A stretch of 64,000 nucleotides of DNA from Octopus vulgaris. Taxonomy: Eukaryota. Below the pieces are notes generated by a model. It did not search any database, was not told where the DNA came from, and saw nothing but the letters and a program-made list of their open reading frames with translations. The position numbers were made by a program, and so were the translations under genes. Positions 51,296 through 63,421 of this stretch are shown in pieces; position 1 is the stretch's first letter; the number at the start of each line of letters is the position of its first letter. Location of the stretch: contig OX597814.1 of the NCBI GenBank assembly GCA_951406725.2, positions 219,604,001-219,668,000 on the forward strand, given 5' to 3'.

Positions 51296-51620
51296 GAGAA
51301 AGCATGTGGCTTAGCAGTTTGGGTGTTTGGCTCGCAATAGTAAGGTCATGAGTTCAATTGCCGGTGCCATGTTGTGTCTTTGAGCAAGATGCTTTATTTC
51401 ACGTTGCTCCACTCCATTCAGTTGGCAAAACTGAGTAGTGCCTGTATTTCAAAGGACCAACCTTGTCACATTCTGAGTTATGCTGAATCTCCCAGAGAAC
51501 TATGTTAAGGATATGCATGTCTGTGGTGTACTCAGCCACTTGCACATTCATTTGACAAGCAGGCTGTTCAGTTGATTGGATCAACTGGAACTCTTGTCGT
51601 CGTAACTGACAGACTGCCAG
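51296..51620 (+). mobile_element. Older SINE: E-type head/body with B-type tail
   Basis: ttgagcaagatgctttatttcacgttgctcca (E) followed by cctgtatttcaaagg...gtcgtcgtaactgac (B). Confidence 0.8.
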
Positions 51621-52651
51621 TTTATATATATGCGTGTGTGTGTGTGTGTGCTTGTGCATACACCCGAAGAGAGAGAGAGAGAGAGAAAGATGTCTGAATA
51701 GATTTTTTCTTATTTATGTATTATTGCATAATAGGTCATATAGTACTGCACTCACTTCCATTGAAATGTCTGTAAAGTAATAATAATCTATCTTAAATTC
51801 AAGGAAGCTGGTTTCTTGATTTAATTCATTTGATGTCAGACTTTTAAGAATTAATGTATTGGTGATTTGCAGACTTTACAAAGAAATTCCAAAGCATTAT
51901 CTGTCCAGTTTTATAAACTTTGCATTTTATTAGGAAAAGCATGCAGTTGTTAAAATATTTGCTTCATTTCGTATGCAAATGTTCCAATTTAAGGCAACAT
52001 GCTTACCTGAAAGGAGATAGTAGATGGTATAAAATTATTAAAGAGAGAGAGAGAGAGAGAGGTCTACATACATACACACACACACACATATATATATATG
52101 TATATACACAGAAAGAGAGAGGGGGGAGAGCATGTTAAAAAGTGAGCAGGAATGAACAAAAGATTTATTTGAAATCTTTCAGTTAATAGGATCAAAAGAT
52201 AATGGCTGTAGTTGTGTTTTATGATTATCTTTTTGTTGAACCAACATCGCTGAAATACTATAGAAATCTAATTTTCACCATTTAATGGTTTGTTGGTACA
52301 TAATAGTTTGTGTTTGAATTCTGGCACCAATTCCTAACAACATATTACAACAGGTTTGAAATAAACGGTTTGTGTTGGTGTGTTTTGTCATGTCTCTGAG
52401 TTCTATGCATTCGTGGCTTCAGTTCTCTCTTTAATGACAAAAGCAGCTGCTTGCAATTGGACTGAGCTTCATGACTTGCTTGTATTTTTATTGCTGTTGT
52501 TGTTGTCGTTGTGTCTGTACTTTCTGGAAGGGCTGTATCTTACAGCACAACATGGCCAAACGAGTAAGCTTGGTGTTATTAAAATGTGGAGTTCAGTTTA
52601 TTGATTAAGCATAAAAACACAAGGTGGATGTTCCCTTAACTTATTAACATA

Positions 52652-52816
52652 GGCGCAGGAGTGGCTGTGTGGTAAGTAGCTTGCTTACCAACCACATGGT
52701 TCCGGGTTCAGTCCCACTGCGTGGCATCTTGGGCAAGTGTCTTCTGCTATAGCCCCGGGCCGACCATACCCTTGTGAGTGGATTTGGTAGACGGAAACTG
52801 AAAGAAGCCTGTCGTA

Positions 52817-52850
<34 letters not shown>

Positions 52851-53067
52851 TATATGTTTGTGTGTCTGTGTTTGTCCCCCTAGCATTGCTTGACAACCGA
52901 TGCTGGTGTGTTTACGTCCCCATCACTTAGCGGTTCGGCAAAAAGAGACCGATAGAATAAGTACTGGGCTTACAAAGAATAAATCCCGGGGTCGATTTGC
53001 TCGACTAAAGGCGGTGCTCCAGCATGGCCGCAGTCAAATGACTGAAACAAGTAAAAGAGTAAAGAGT
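52652..53067 (+). mobile_element. SINE family A inserted in MITE M1
   Basis: full length; flanks rejoin to an M1 left end; two decayed M1 copies follow to ~53440. Confidence 0.92.
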
Positions 53068-53551
53068 ATTTAAACTGGTCATATCTGGCTCTAAATATTC
53101 TTCCTGCTTCACGTTCAAACTGGCCAGATCCAACCTCTCACAATGTTCTAAAAATTAACAATCACATCATCAAAATCTTCAAGCTATGAATAAATAAACA
53201 TTACATTTGACCAAGTAATCTGAATGCTACTGGGCTAAACCAGCCATATCTGGTCAAAATAATCTACCTGCTTTTATTTTCAAATTGGCTAGATTTGGCC
53301 CCTCACACTTATCCTACATTGTTACTCTAAAAGTAAACAATCACGTCATTGAGATCTCAAAGCTATAAGGTTATACATGACTAATTCAAATCAATATAAA
53401 TAAATAAACATTATATTTGACAGAGAATGCTTAAGGGCTAAGTAGTGGTGGGTCTTTGTGAGAAAGACTTTTAGTGTTTTTGGAACAGATAAAAGCTATT
53501 AAGTCGATTATAAGAAGTAGAGAGAGATTCTTATACTAAATACACTAGACA

Positions 53552-53798
53552 TACTCTCTTTACTCTTTTACTTGTTTCAGTCATTTGACTGCGGCCATGC
53601 TGGAGCACCGCCTTTATTCAAGCAAATCGACCCCGGGACTTATTCTTTGTAAGCCCAGTTCTTATTCTGTCGGTCTCTTTTTGCCGAACCGTTAAGTGAC
53701 GGGGACGTAAACACTCACAACGCCCGGTCTGGGAATCGAAACCGCGATCCTATGAACGCGAGTCCGCTGCCCTAACCACTGGGCCATTGCGCCTCCAC
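53552..53798 (-). mobile_element. Chimeric SINE: B head joined to A tail
   Basis: switch within shared taaacac at 53708-53714. Confidence 0.88.
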
Positions 53799-54248
53799 GA
53801 GTCTCATTATATAACACTGATGGATTGTAATCTTGTTTTCTGAAACTGTTATACTTTTTGTGTTGTTTGATATTATTTCAATATTGTTTTTGATAAATTA
53901 GTCACTAAAATCTTTTTTCAAAGTTTGTTGATACATAAATTGTGAAATATTTTGGTGGTGCCAGTTTAAACCTCTGCCATTGCCAATACCCTACTTGCTT
54001 CAAACTACTTGCTTTTTTTTTGTTGTTTTTTTGTTCTTTTTTGAAAAGTGATTATGACTTCATTTTAATTAAACTATTAATAGTTGGTTAGCTGGTATGA
54101 GTATTCAGCAGTTAAAAAATACTTGGTTCAGTAATTTATATACAAATATCTAATTTGCTGAATGATTTCAAACCTATATTGGTGTGAGGAAACAGAACTA
54201 AGTTAAGTATCCCAGTTCTATATCTAAGAGATGAGGAATTATGTACAT

Positions 54249-54646
54249 TACTCTTTTAATTGTTTCAGTCATTTGACTGTGGCCATGCTGGAGCACCGCC
54301 TTTTGTCGAGCAAATCGACCCACAGGACATATTCTTTGTAAGCCTAGTACTTATTCTATTGGTCTCTTTTGCCGAACCACTAAGTTACGGGGACGTAAAC
54401 ACACCAGCATCAGTTGTCAAGTGATGTTGGGGGGGAATAAACAGACATACAAACACACACACACACATATATATACATATATACGATGGGCTTCTTTCAG
54501 TTTCCGTCTATCAAATCCACTCACAAGGCTTTGGTTGGCCCAAGGCCGTAGTAGAAGACACTTGCCCAAGGTGCCATGCAGTGGGACTGAACCTGGAACC
54601 ATGCAGTTCGTAAGCAAGCTACATACCACACAACCACTCCTGCACC
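54249..54646 (-). mobile_element. SINE family A
   Basis: full-length reverse match. Confidence 0.9.
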
Positions 54647-54655
54647 TATATTTGT

Positions 54656-54784
54656 GACAGATATTTGTCCTCATCTTGTTTGTTGTTAACACGTTTCAGC
54701 TGATATACCCTCCAGCCTTCTTAAGGTGTCTTGGGGGAAATTTTGAACCTGGGTTCTCATTCCTAAGGTATTTTTCAATGTTGC

Positions 54785-54842
<58 letters not shown>

Positions 54843-55052
54843 ATCACTGCTTGGAATCTTGGGATTAGTAGCCCATGCTCTTAAACCACTATGCCATATG
54901 CCCGTGGTCATAATAATAATAATAACATCGAAAAATACCTTAGGAATGAGAACCCAGGTTTGAAATTTCCCCAAGACACCTGAAGATGGCTGGAGGGTAT
55001 ATCAGCCGAAACATTGTGTTAACAACAAACAAGATGAGGACAAATATCCGTC
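54656..55052. mobile_element. Inverted-repeat element with hammerhead motifs, (AAT)n linkers and a central tRNA-like head (Penelope-associated)
   Basis: arms ~54656-54790 and 54911-55052 are reverse complements; centre 54841-54903 reads gggcatatggcatagtggtttaagagc on the minus strand. Confidence 0.8.
54975..55020 (+). ncRNA. Minimal type I hammerhead ribozyme motif (probably decayed)
   Basis: gacac-CTGAAGA-t-ggctg[gagggtatat]cagcc-GAAAC-att-gtgtt; mirror copy on the minus strand at 54688-54730. Confidence 0.7.
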
Positions 55053-55146
55053 GAATGTAAATAATATGTTAAGAATTATTCTACATCCATTTTTAAAAGT
55101 CTACCATGAATGCTTTCTTGTAAATTTGGATAATTACTTACGAATT

Positions 55147-55556
55147 CATCATCATCATCATAATCATTGTCATCTTCATCATTTTAATGTTCACTTTTCC
55201 ACACTTGCATGAATCAGACAGAATTCACTGAAGCAGATTTTCTATGGTTAGATGGCATTCGTGTTGCTAACTTTCACTTGTTTATAAGCAAGATAATATT
55301 TCTCCATGACTGGATGTTTTTACAGAAGATTGGTACTGGCAACACTCTCGTATGATGGTGACATTTGTTTTATGACTTCCATATGATGTCAAGACCAGAA
55401 GGCATGCACACAACTTCTTTCAGTTTCCTTCTATCAAATCTTCTCACAAGGCTGCGATAGGCTCGGAGCTATAATAGAAGACACTAGCCCAAGGCGCCAT
55501 ACTGTGAGGCTGAACCCATAATTGAGAAGCAAACTTCTTAACCATACAGCCATGGC
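55147..55556 (-). mobile_element. Old SINE: A head with C-type tail
   Basis: same layout as 5120-5570. Confidence 0.65.
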
Positions 55557-55711
55557 TTCATCTCAAAGCCATACCTGTGCATTGTCAGTGTAAATATTTT
55601 AACCGATAGATACTTTTCATTATATAACTGTAAAATGGTTGAATAACCATTCATTTTATGAGGATATGTTGTATTTTTTGTGAATTTATAGCTGTAGTAA
55701 TATGCTATTTC

Positions 55712-55946
55712 TACAGGCGGCGAGCTGGCAGAAATGTTAGCGCGCCGGGCGAAATGCTTAGCGGTATTTCGCCTGTCGTTACGTTGTGAGTTCAAATTCC
55801 GCCGAGGTCGACTTTGCCTTTCATCCTTTCGGGGTCGATAAATTAAGTACCAGTTACGCACTGATATCGATGTAATCGACTTAATACCTATGTCTGTCCT
55901 TGTTTGTCCCCTCTATGTTTAGCACCTTGTGGGTAATAAAGAAATA
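55712..55946 (+). mobile_element. SINE family D, young copy
   Basis: ggcggcgagctggcagaa head, gagttcaaattcc B-box; 16-bp TSD agtaatatgctatttc at 55696-55711 and 55947-55962. Confidence 0.92.
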
Positions 55947-57565
55947 AGTAATATGCTATTTCAATCTTAAGTTTCAGAACCTACTATTTTCTCCTGCTAC
56001 TAGTTTTGGTTGCTATTTATTTCTAACCTGTAATCTAAGACCATACAATTATCATCATTGATTTTGACTGAAGTTAAATGACCCAGTGGTAACAGGACTA
56101 GGTTAATAACATTGTGGTCAACCATAGTGTGTGGTGCTGCTTGCCTTGATCTATCTGCTTGAAACACAACAGGTTTCACACTTGCTGGCTGATGATTGAT
56201 TAGTATCATAAGTTGCTCCACACTACAACAATGTGCAAGTGAGTAATTTTCATAAACTGTACCACTCAAGTTCATGGAAAAAATATATTATGTTTGAAAG
56301 AGAAAATGAGCTATTAATAGGTATGAAAACTGGGTCATTAACTCCACAGGAATTTTATCTTGTACTTCCTTGTGTTTGTTGCACATTCAATGGAGTCTAA
56401 GAAATTAATTTGTGTTGGACTAGAATCTTACGTCAGCTTGTATAAAGAATTCAGTGAAACAATTTTTGGAAATCTTTAATTTTGTACATTTAAACTATGT
56501 GTTTACTAAAATTATCACTTCTGGTGTCAGATTGCCAAGTCTATTTTCTTGGCTCTATAAAATGGTGTGAATTATATGTTCCCGCTTGAGGACAGTATTA
56601 CTTCCTATTTGGCAATATAATATGGAAATTAGTGCATAAATATCATATTTCTTGTTAAAGGTGATTATTTTCCTTCCGAGTAAATGTTTCTGATGTATTG
56701 GGGATTTTACCTAGTGTACAGATTGCATATGGTCTATTTGTAATAGAGTAAATAGTTCTTTTAAAATATTGGTGTAATTTCTCTGAGAGTTAACATTGAT
56801 TTTTAGAGTAGCAAATGATTTTCTGTTTACATAAGATTGACTTTATTTAATAAATAGTCATGATTTAGTTCTTACTTTGGCAGCAAGGGTCCAAGATTTG
56901 CAGCATTAGTGGAAGATGACTTTTAACATGAAATCTTTTTGATGTGTATAGGATGCTGTAAAATGAATTGCATTAGATTCCACTAGTCATGTTGATATGG
57001 GCAGTATAACCAGACTAGTTAGTTCATGTGTATCAAGTAAAATCTAGCTGAGAGCTGATAGGAGATATTATTAGTGAAGCAGAGAGAAGCTATGAAATAC
57101 ATTAGATAAAATGATTAACTAGAATTCAAATATAAATGTTGTAAGATAAACATACCTGGAGATTACCATTACCAAGAGGACACTGATTATGTATGAACTA
57201 ATGTTTATATATTGAAGAAAGTGGGTAGTTAGTGAAAGAGAAAAGAATATTTGGTAGAATTGCTAGTATGCTGCAGAAAATATCTGCCAGTAATTAGTTA
57301 TGTCCTTTTATGTTTTGAGTTCAAGTCCCTGTAGGTTTGACTTAGCCTTTTATTCGTCAGGGGTTAATAAAATAAGCTTCAATCAAGTACTAGTCAATTA
57401 AGTTGACTACACTCATTCTACAAATGCACTAAAGGTCACATATTAGAAATCATTATCTCCACTGGGTACTGTGTAAATACTCAAAGATAACAAAATGAAG
57501 TAGCCACTGCACTGTCACTCAACATACTTAGGAATGGCAGTCGAATCCTCTTAAATCAAACCATA

Positions 57566-57965
57566 TCTTTATATATAAAAGAGAGGTTGTGTGCTGTCTG
57601 TCTCCTATGATTTAGATTCCTAACTACTCCCACATTTTGCGGTGCAGTTTAACCAAAAGCGGGTATCTTATAGTAGTGATTCATATCGAGCCCTTCTGAG
57701 TATTAGCGCGCATCTACGATGAGTCTACGATTTAAAAAAAAATTTACCATCAATTTTTCCCATTTTTAATGCATTTTTGGCATATATAAGGGAAGTAACT
57801 CTCTAAAAATTTATTATTAAATCTCAGAACGTAAAAAGCTACAGTAACCCCCTCCCCACCTTTGTGGTTAGCCATATTGAGATGGCTATTATACTTTACA
57901 TCTCTAATAATGCTTATATAGTTATTTCCCTTACAAACCCGAGCAACGCCGGGCGATACTGCTAG
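57566..57965 (+). mobile_element. Non-autonomous Helitron
   Basis: near-identical to 7216-7612; A|TC ... CTAG|T. Confidence 0.88.
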
Positions 57966-58234
57966 TTATCTTTAAAAATGGAAGTGCACTTTGGACAATG
58001 TAGTCCTAGATAAAAATTTAAAAAAAAACAGAGGATGGTCAGGGATGGAATACATTTTTCATAGTTCTCTTCTATTAGGTTTGACAAAAACAACAACAAA
58101 AGATCTAATTGTTTGCATGTTGTTTATAACAGATGTTTCTTTTATGATAAGCAAATCAGACCCTCACTTCCATTGGTGTGGAATTTAAAACAAGCAAACT
58201 CAAGTGTTGATGTGTTTTTTTGTTGTTTCCTTCT

Positions 58235-58560
58235 AGTGAAAGCACATGGCTTAGTGGTTAGGGTATTCAGTTTGCAGTTGTAAGGTCATGAGTTTGATTC
58301 TTGATGGCACATTGCATCCTTAAGCCAGACACTTTACTTCATGTTGTCCAAGTCCACTCAGCTAGCAAAATTGAGTAGTACCTGTATTTCAAAAGGGTCA
58401 GCCTTGTTACATTCTGTGTCACGCTGAATCTCTCTGAGAACAATGTCAAGGCTATGCATCTCTATGGAGTGCTCAGTCTCTTACATGTTAACTTCACAAG
58501 CAGGCTGTTATGTTGATCGGGTCAACTAGAACCCTTGTTATCATAGTGTTGGAGTGCCAC
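58235..58560 (+). mobile_element. Older SINE: E-type head with B-type tail
   Basis: same layout as 51296-51620. Confidence 0.78.
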
Positions 58561-58692
58561 TCCAGTAAGGCAAAAATATAATTCCGGCACCTGTTGCTCT
58601 CTTGTGGAAGGTTAGAGAGAAAGAGAGTGTGTGTGTGTGTTTTCCATATTTTCCTAGGGCAATCCTTTCTCTTGAAACACAGTGAACTTTAA

Positions 58693-58912
58693 CCCTTTCG
58701 TTACCAACCCGGTTGAAACCGGCTCTGGCTTTGAGTACAAATGTTTTGTTTCCATAAGTTTTGAATTAAAATCTTCCTCCAAACCTTAATCACAATTTAG
58801 GTTCCTAACACTAACTTAATGATAACTAAGTTATTTTACTAAATTCTTTGTTATATTTCAAATAATTGAAAAAAACACAGAGCATCTCAAAATAAATACA
58901 GTAACGAAAGGG
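58693..58912. mobile_element. piggyBac-like MITE M2 (opposite orientation to 3148)
   Basis: 12-bp TIRs, TTAA flanks. Confidence 0.88.
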
Positions 58913-59621
58913 TTAAGGACAGTCTCAAAGGGTTCTGTCAGCATTCTCTGGCAGCTTTTCTGGTAGTAATTATCAATAATGTTGACAGTCAGTTATACTG
59001 ATTGGAGCTTACCTTGTCATTGCATGAAGTCATAAACACTGTGTGTGTATCTGTGTTGTATTAAGATTTACTTATTCCAACCAGATACTGTGGCATGATG
59101 GTGCAATGTCGTATGTGGTAGGGATGTAGTCTAGATATTTATACTTGTAGCAGGTCATAATGCATGAAATGATTATTTACAGATATCTTAATGTAATCAA
59201 TACAAAGGTTCCTCTTACCATACAGTGCTCCATTTAAGTTTTATGGCATATGGCAATTACCTACAAGGATAGGATGTCAGCCTATTAAAGCTAGTATTCT
59301 TGGAAGATATGGTCTCTATTCCAAACAGCCAAGTGGGCTGATATATGCAGAATTAAATACGCTACTTAGGTCCAAAATATAATGATTCAGCCTCAGGAGA
59401 TGATAGCCTAATCAACTTGATCATGTGCTAGTTACATCAAAGAAATTCTTCGGGTTAGAAGTAATAGACAGTATACTGTCATGTACAGTGATATCCAGTT
59501 TATTGCATGCAATATGGCAAAATCTATGTTAGACTCATAATTGTGATGAAGATGATTGTTGTGTGTTTAGTCGCATGTTGGTTCTGATGGAGCAGAACTA
59601 CAATTAAAAACATTCAAGTGA

Positions 59622-59763
59622 TCTCTATTCTTTTACTTGTTTCAGTCATTTGACTGCAGCCATGGTGGAGCCCCACCTTTAGTTGAACAAATCGACCCCA
59701 GGACTTGTTCTTTGTAAACCTAGTACTTATTCTATCAGTCTCCTTTGCTGAACTGCTAAGTCA
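59622..59763 (-). mobile_element. SINE A 3' fragment
   Basis: tail region only. Confidence 0.8.
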
Positions 59764-60599
59764 CCATCTATTTTATTCAATAATCGTTTACTTTGGAAGA
59801 CTTAGCCATTTGTACATCTCAAGGCTATAGGATGTGGCTTGCAGGAATTTTGACTGTTATTTCTACAGGTTGAGTGACCACATAGATATTCACTAGCTGG
59901 CTTGAACTGACGACAGTGATATTTAAGATACTTTGTAGAATTATATATATCAATATATATTTGAACATTTTTCAGGTAAATAATTTATCCTTAAGCCTGA
60001 TAATTTTCTATTTTCCCAATGAGTTTAGAAGAAATTTACTCTTTCTTGCTAGTTTACATACAGAAGCAGTGCTATAAATAAAATAATTGCATTGTATTAC
60101 CTATTATATCCCTCTCCTACACAACTGTGACTTTTATCAGAATTGGGCCGAAATTTACACGCTCCACTATTTTTCGTTCACTAATAATTTGCAGTTTTGA
60201 ATATTTTGGAATTACTTCTTTAGTGATGGTAATGATGGCATTCTGCCAACTTTTATTGACTAGTATATATTTTATTATTTTATTCACTAATTTATTGACT
60301 TATATATATATCTTCATACTATTTCTGAGTTCTGTATTTCATATTTTTTTGCCAGCAATACTTGATCAATACCTTGAATTGTTTTTTGTACCTGAATCCA
60401 GTCTAGTTTTTCATCTCATGTTTCCATTCTAATAATGTAGGCTTATTCCATCTTCTGTAAGTTTTAATTTCTTTCAAGAATTTTTATGTACTTTTCTGTT
60501 AATTCTTTTTGTTTTGTTTCAAGAATGTGGAGTTTGGTGTCAAGTATTACTTTGAGGATCGTCAAAATGTTAATATTGGGCATTTTTATGATTGGATCA

Positions 60600-60775
60600 A
60601 AAGTGGTGAGCTGGCAGAATCATTTATGCATTGGACAGAAATGCTTAGCAACTCTGGCTGAGTTCAGATTTCATAGAGGTTGACTTTGCTTTCGTCCTTT
60701 CTGGGTCAGTGAAATATGTGTCAATTGAGCATTGGGGGTCAATGTAATTGACTAAAATTGCTGGCTTTGTGTCAA
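60600..60775 (+). mobile_element. Degenerate SINE D
   Basis: gtgagctggcagaat..gaaatgcttagc..gaggttgactttgctttcgtcctttc. Confidence 0.7.
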
Positions 60776-60842
60776 ACAAATTGTGACCCATTTGTGACTC
60801 AAATGTTAATTGCAAGATATGTAGTTGTTCAATCAAATGTGA

Positions 60843-61245
60843 GGTGCAGGAGTGGTTATGTGGTAAGTAGCTTGCTAACCAACCACATGGTTCCGGGTTC
60901 AGTCCCACTGTGTGGCATCTTGGGCAAGTGTCTTCTGCTATAGCCCCGGGCCGACCAATGCCTTGTGAGTGGATTTGGTAGACGGAAACTGAAAGAAGCC
61001 TGTCGTATATATGTATATATATATGTGTGTATGTTTGTGTGTCTGTGTTTGTCCCCCTAGCATTGCTTGACAACCGATGCTGGTGTGTTTATGTCCCCGT
61101 CACTTAGCGGTTTGGCAAAAGAGACCGATAGAATAAGTACTGGGCTTACAAAGAATAAGTTCCGGGGTTGATTTACTCGACTAAAGGTGGTGCTCCAGCA
61201 TGGCCGCAGTCAAATGACTGAAACAAGTAAAAGAGAGAGAGAGAG
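60843..61245 (+). mobile_element. SINE family A
   Basis: full-length match. Confidence 0.92.
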
Positions 61246-62362
61246 TTTGATTAGTTTCAAGATGTTTACAGCCTGATATTGAGTGTTTCTACCTCATATA
61301 TGATCTTTGTATGATTTGATGGGTTTATATGAATTCCAGTTTTATAAACAATAATGAGTCAAAAACCAGTGGAATTGCTGAGAGGGGAAAAAACAATTTT
61401 GACGTTCGCTATTTATTTATTTAGAATAATGTTCTCTCTGAATTTGATGCGAGCATAATTTGAAATAACCTATCATTAAAGAGGGAAAACTGGTTTAGAA
61501 TAGCCTCGTGGGAGTTTTTTCATTGTTTTCATTGTCTATATTGTTAATTCACACAGGGATTACTTCTTTAGGAATATTACGCACATTTGCAAATACATTT
61601 GGATAACATAGTGGGATGTTTATGTGTTTCTCAAGGCCATTGGCAGGTATTAGTGGTTTGAACCCAATCTCAATTGGAAATCAAAGTAGAATCACTGGAA
61701 GTTTACCTTTTTTTCCATAACATTTACCATTCTCTAATTCATATAATGAAAGACAATAGAAGAATTTCATTTCATAGTGATATAACTATTTATGAAATCT
61801 AATGAGACATTAAGTCCAAGAGGAAATTTTGCCATGAGATTTCACTTCATTCATCTGTGAACCATTTTGTTAATGAAGCATGACTGAAGTGTTGATTGTG
61901 TGTTTTCTATTATATATATATACACATATATATAATTGTGTATAGGCCTTCTGTTTAGTTGTTTTCAGTGTGGTTCTGCCTGCATCTAGCTTATTTGCTA
62001 TGCATTCATTCATTCTCTTTTGCCAGTGAGATTCCATCAAACATCACAAATATTTATATTTTCTTCTTTTAGTTCTTTGTTGTTGTGACAACACACTATA
62101 ATAATGTACTTAGCCGAGAGATTTACATTTATTACTGTTATGTTAATTAGTATCATCCTAGCAAGAACAGATAAAAATAAAGTCTTTTATTGCAATGGCA
62201 TCTACACATACACTGGCTATTGTTACAAGCAAACAGTGAAGACAAAAGCCAAAAATCAAAAATCAAAAGTAAATTTCAAAAAGAAAATGATATATTTTAC
62301 AGGACAAAAACTACTTCATTTCAATTTCACTTTTACTTGTCATTTTCTAATACTGGCTTCCC

Positions 62363-62366
<4 letters not shown>

Positions 62367-62434
<68 letters not shown>

Positions 62435-62540
62435 TCTCTCTCATCAATACATTTATATGCTGCTGGTAAATTACCTTCAGTCTAACATCCAAATCAAATT
62501 TCAGCTCATTCATAGTGCTCCCCCCATCTTTTTCTCTTTC

Positions 62541-62613
<73 letters not shown>

Positions 62614-62762
62614 GCTTGTGGTTTTTGTTTGTTTTTCCAGTGAATTGTTTATTGATCTTCTGTAACACAGCAACTCTCTGCATTTCTTTGATAATCCCAC
62701 TGTTAGCTACACTAACTTAATTTCATTCCCTTGTTTCATGTCACTTGCTGTCTTTCCACATA

Positions 62763-62815
<53 letters not shown>

Positions 62816-62822
62816 GTCTCTC
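62367..62822. repeat. Cluster of three (CT)n tracts
   Basis: 62367-62442, 62544-62612, 62762-62822. Confidence 0.95.
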
Positions 62823-63421
62823 TTGTCACTCTTTATTTTGCTTTGTCTCATGAATGAATTAGTGTTGTGCAGTTTGAAAAGGTTGCAGGGGATAATGTAC
62901 TGTAAGCTTTGTTGTGGAAACAGATTCTAAAGGATTTTGTGTTTTATCACAAACTCTAAAGGTTAAATAATGATGACACCTCCAAGCATGGCTTCTCAGT
63001 AATTAGTGTAAGATGGGATCCTGAGTACCTCGTCATTAGGACCTTTGAGGCTTTTTATTTTCTGTGCAAAATTTTGTCAACGTTTTTCCATTTACAATAG
63101 AAGAGTGAGTTAAAAACACAGGAAGTATTTGCTGCACCCCAAAAATTTTTTTAAATTAAAAAAAAAATGTTTATAGAGTTTCATATGTCCAAATAGTTAT
63201 CTGAATTGCAACTCTCAGTCTCTTGGCAGTGACTCACGAGAGGTAAGTATTCTGTGCATATACCTGTTGAATATTTTTCAATTGTAATACTACCTGCAGG
63301 TCCTCCAGTGGTAAACAGTCTAAAAATTGTAGTTGTTCCAACCGGTTTGTTTCAGTTTCATCATGGTGTTGTTGATATTTTTGGAGCTCAGCATTATTTT
63401 CCTTAACTGTGTTCTAAGTTT

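Noticed and set aside
1469-60920. Functional tRNA genes at SINE heads
   Set aside because: A/B boxes are present but run into SINE bodies with tails and TSDs; no complete cloverleaf or terminator
2370-61073. Recurrent ORFs such as YDRLLSVSVYQIHSQG, LDALPNANHS and MVVIPAVLFHHN
   Set aside because: Translations of SINE families A, C and B, not proteins
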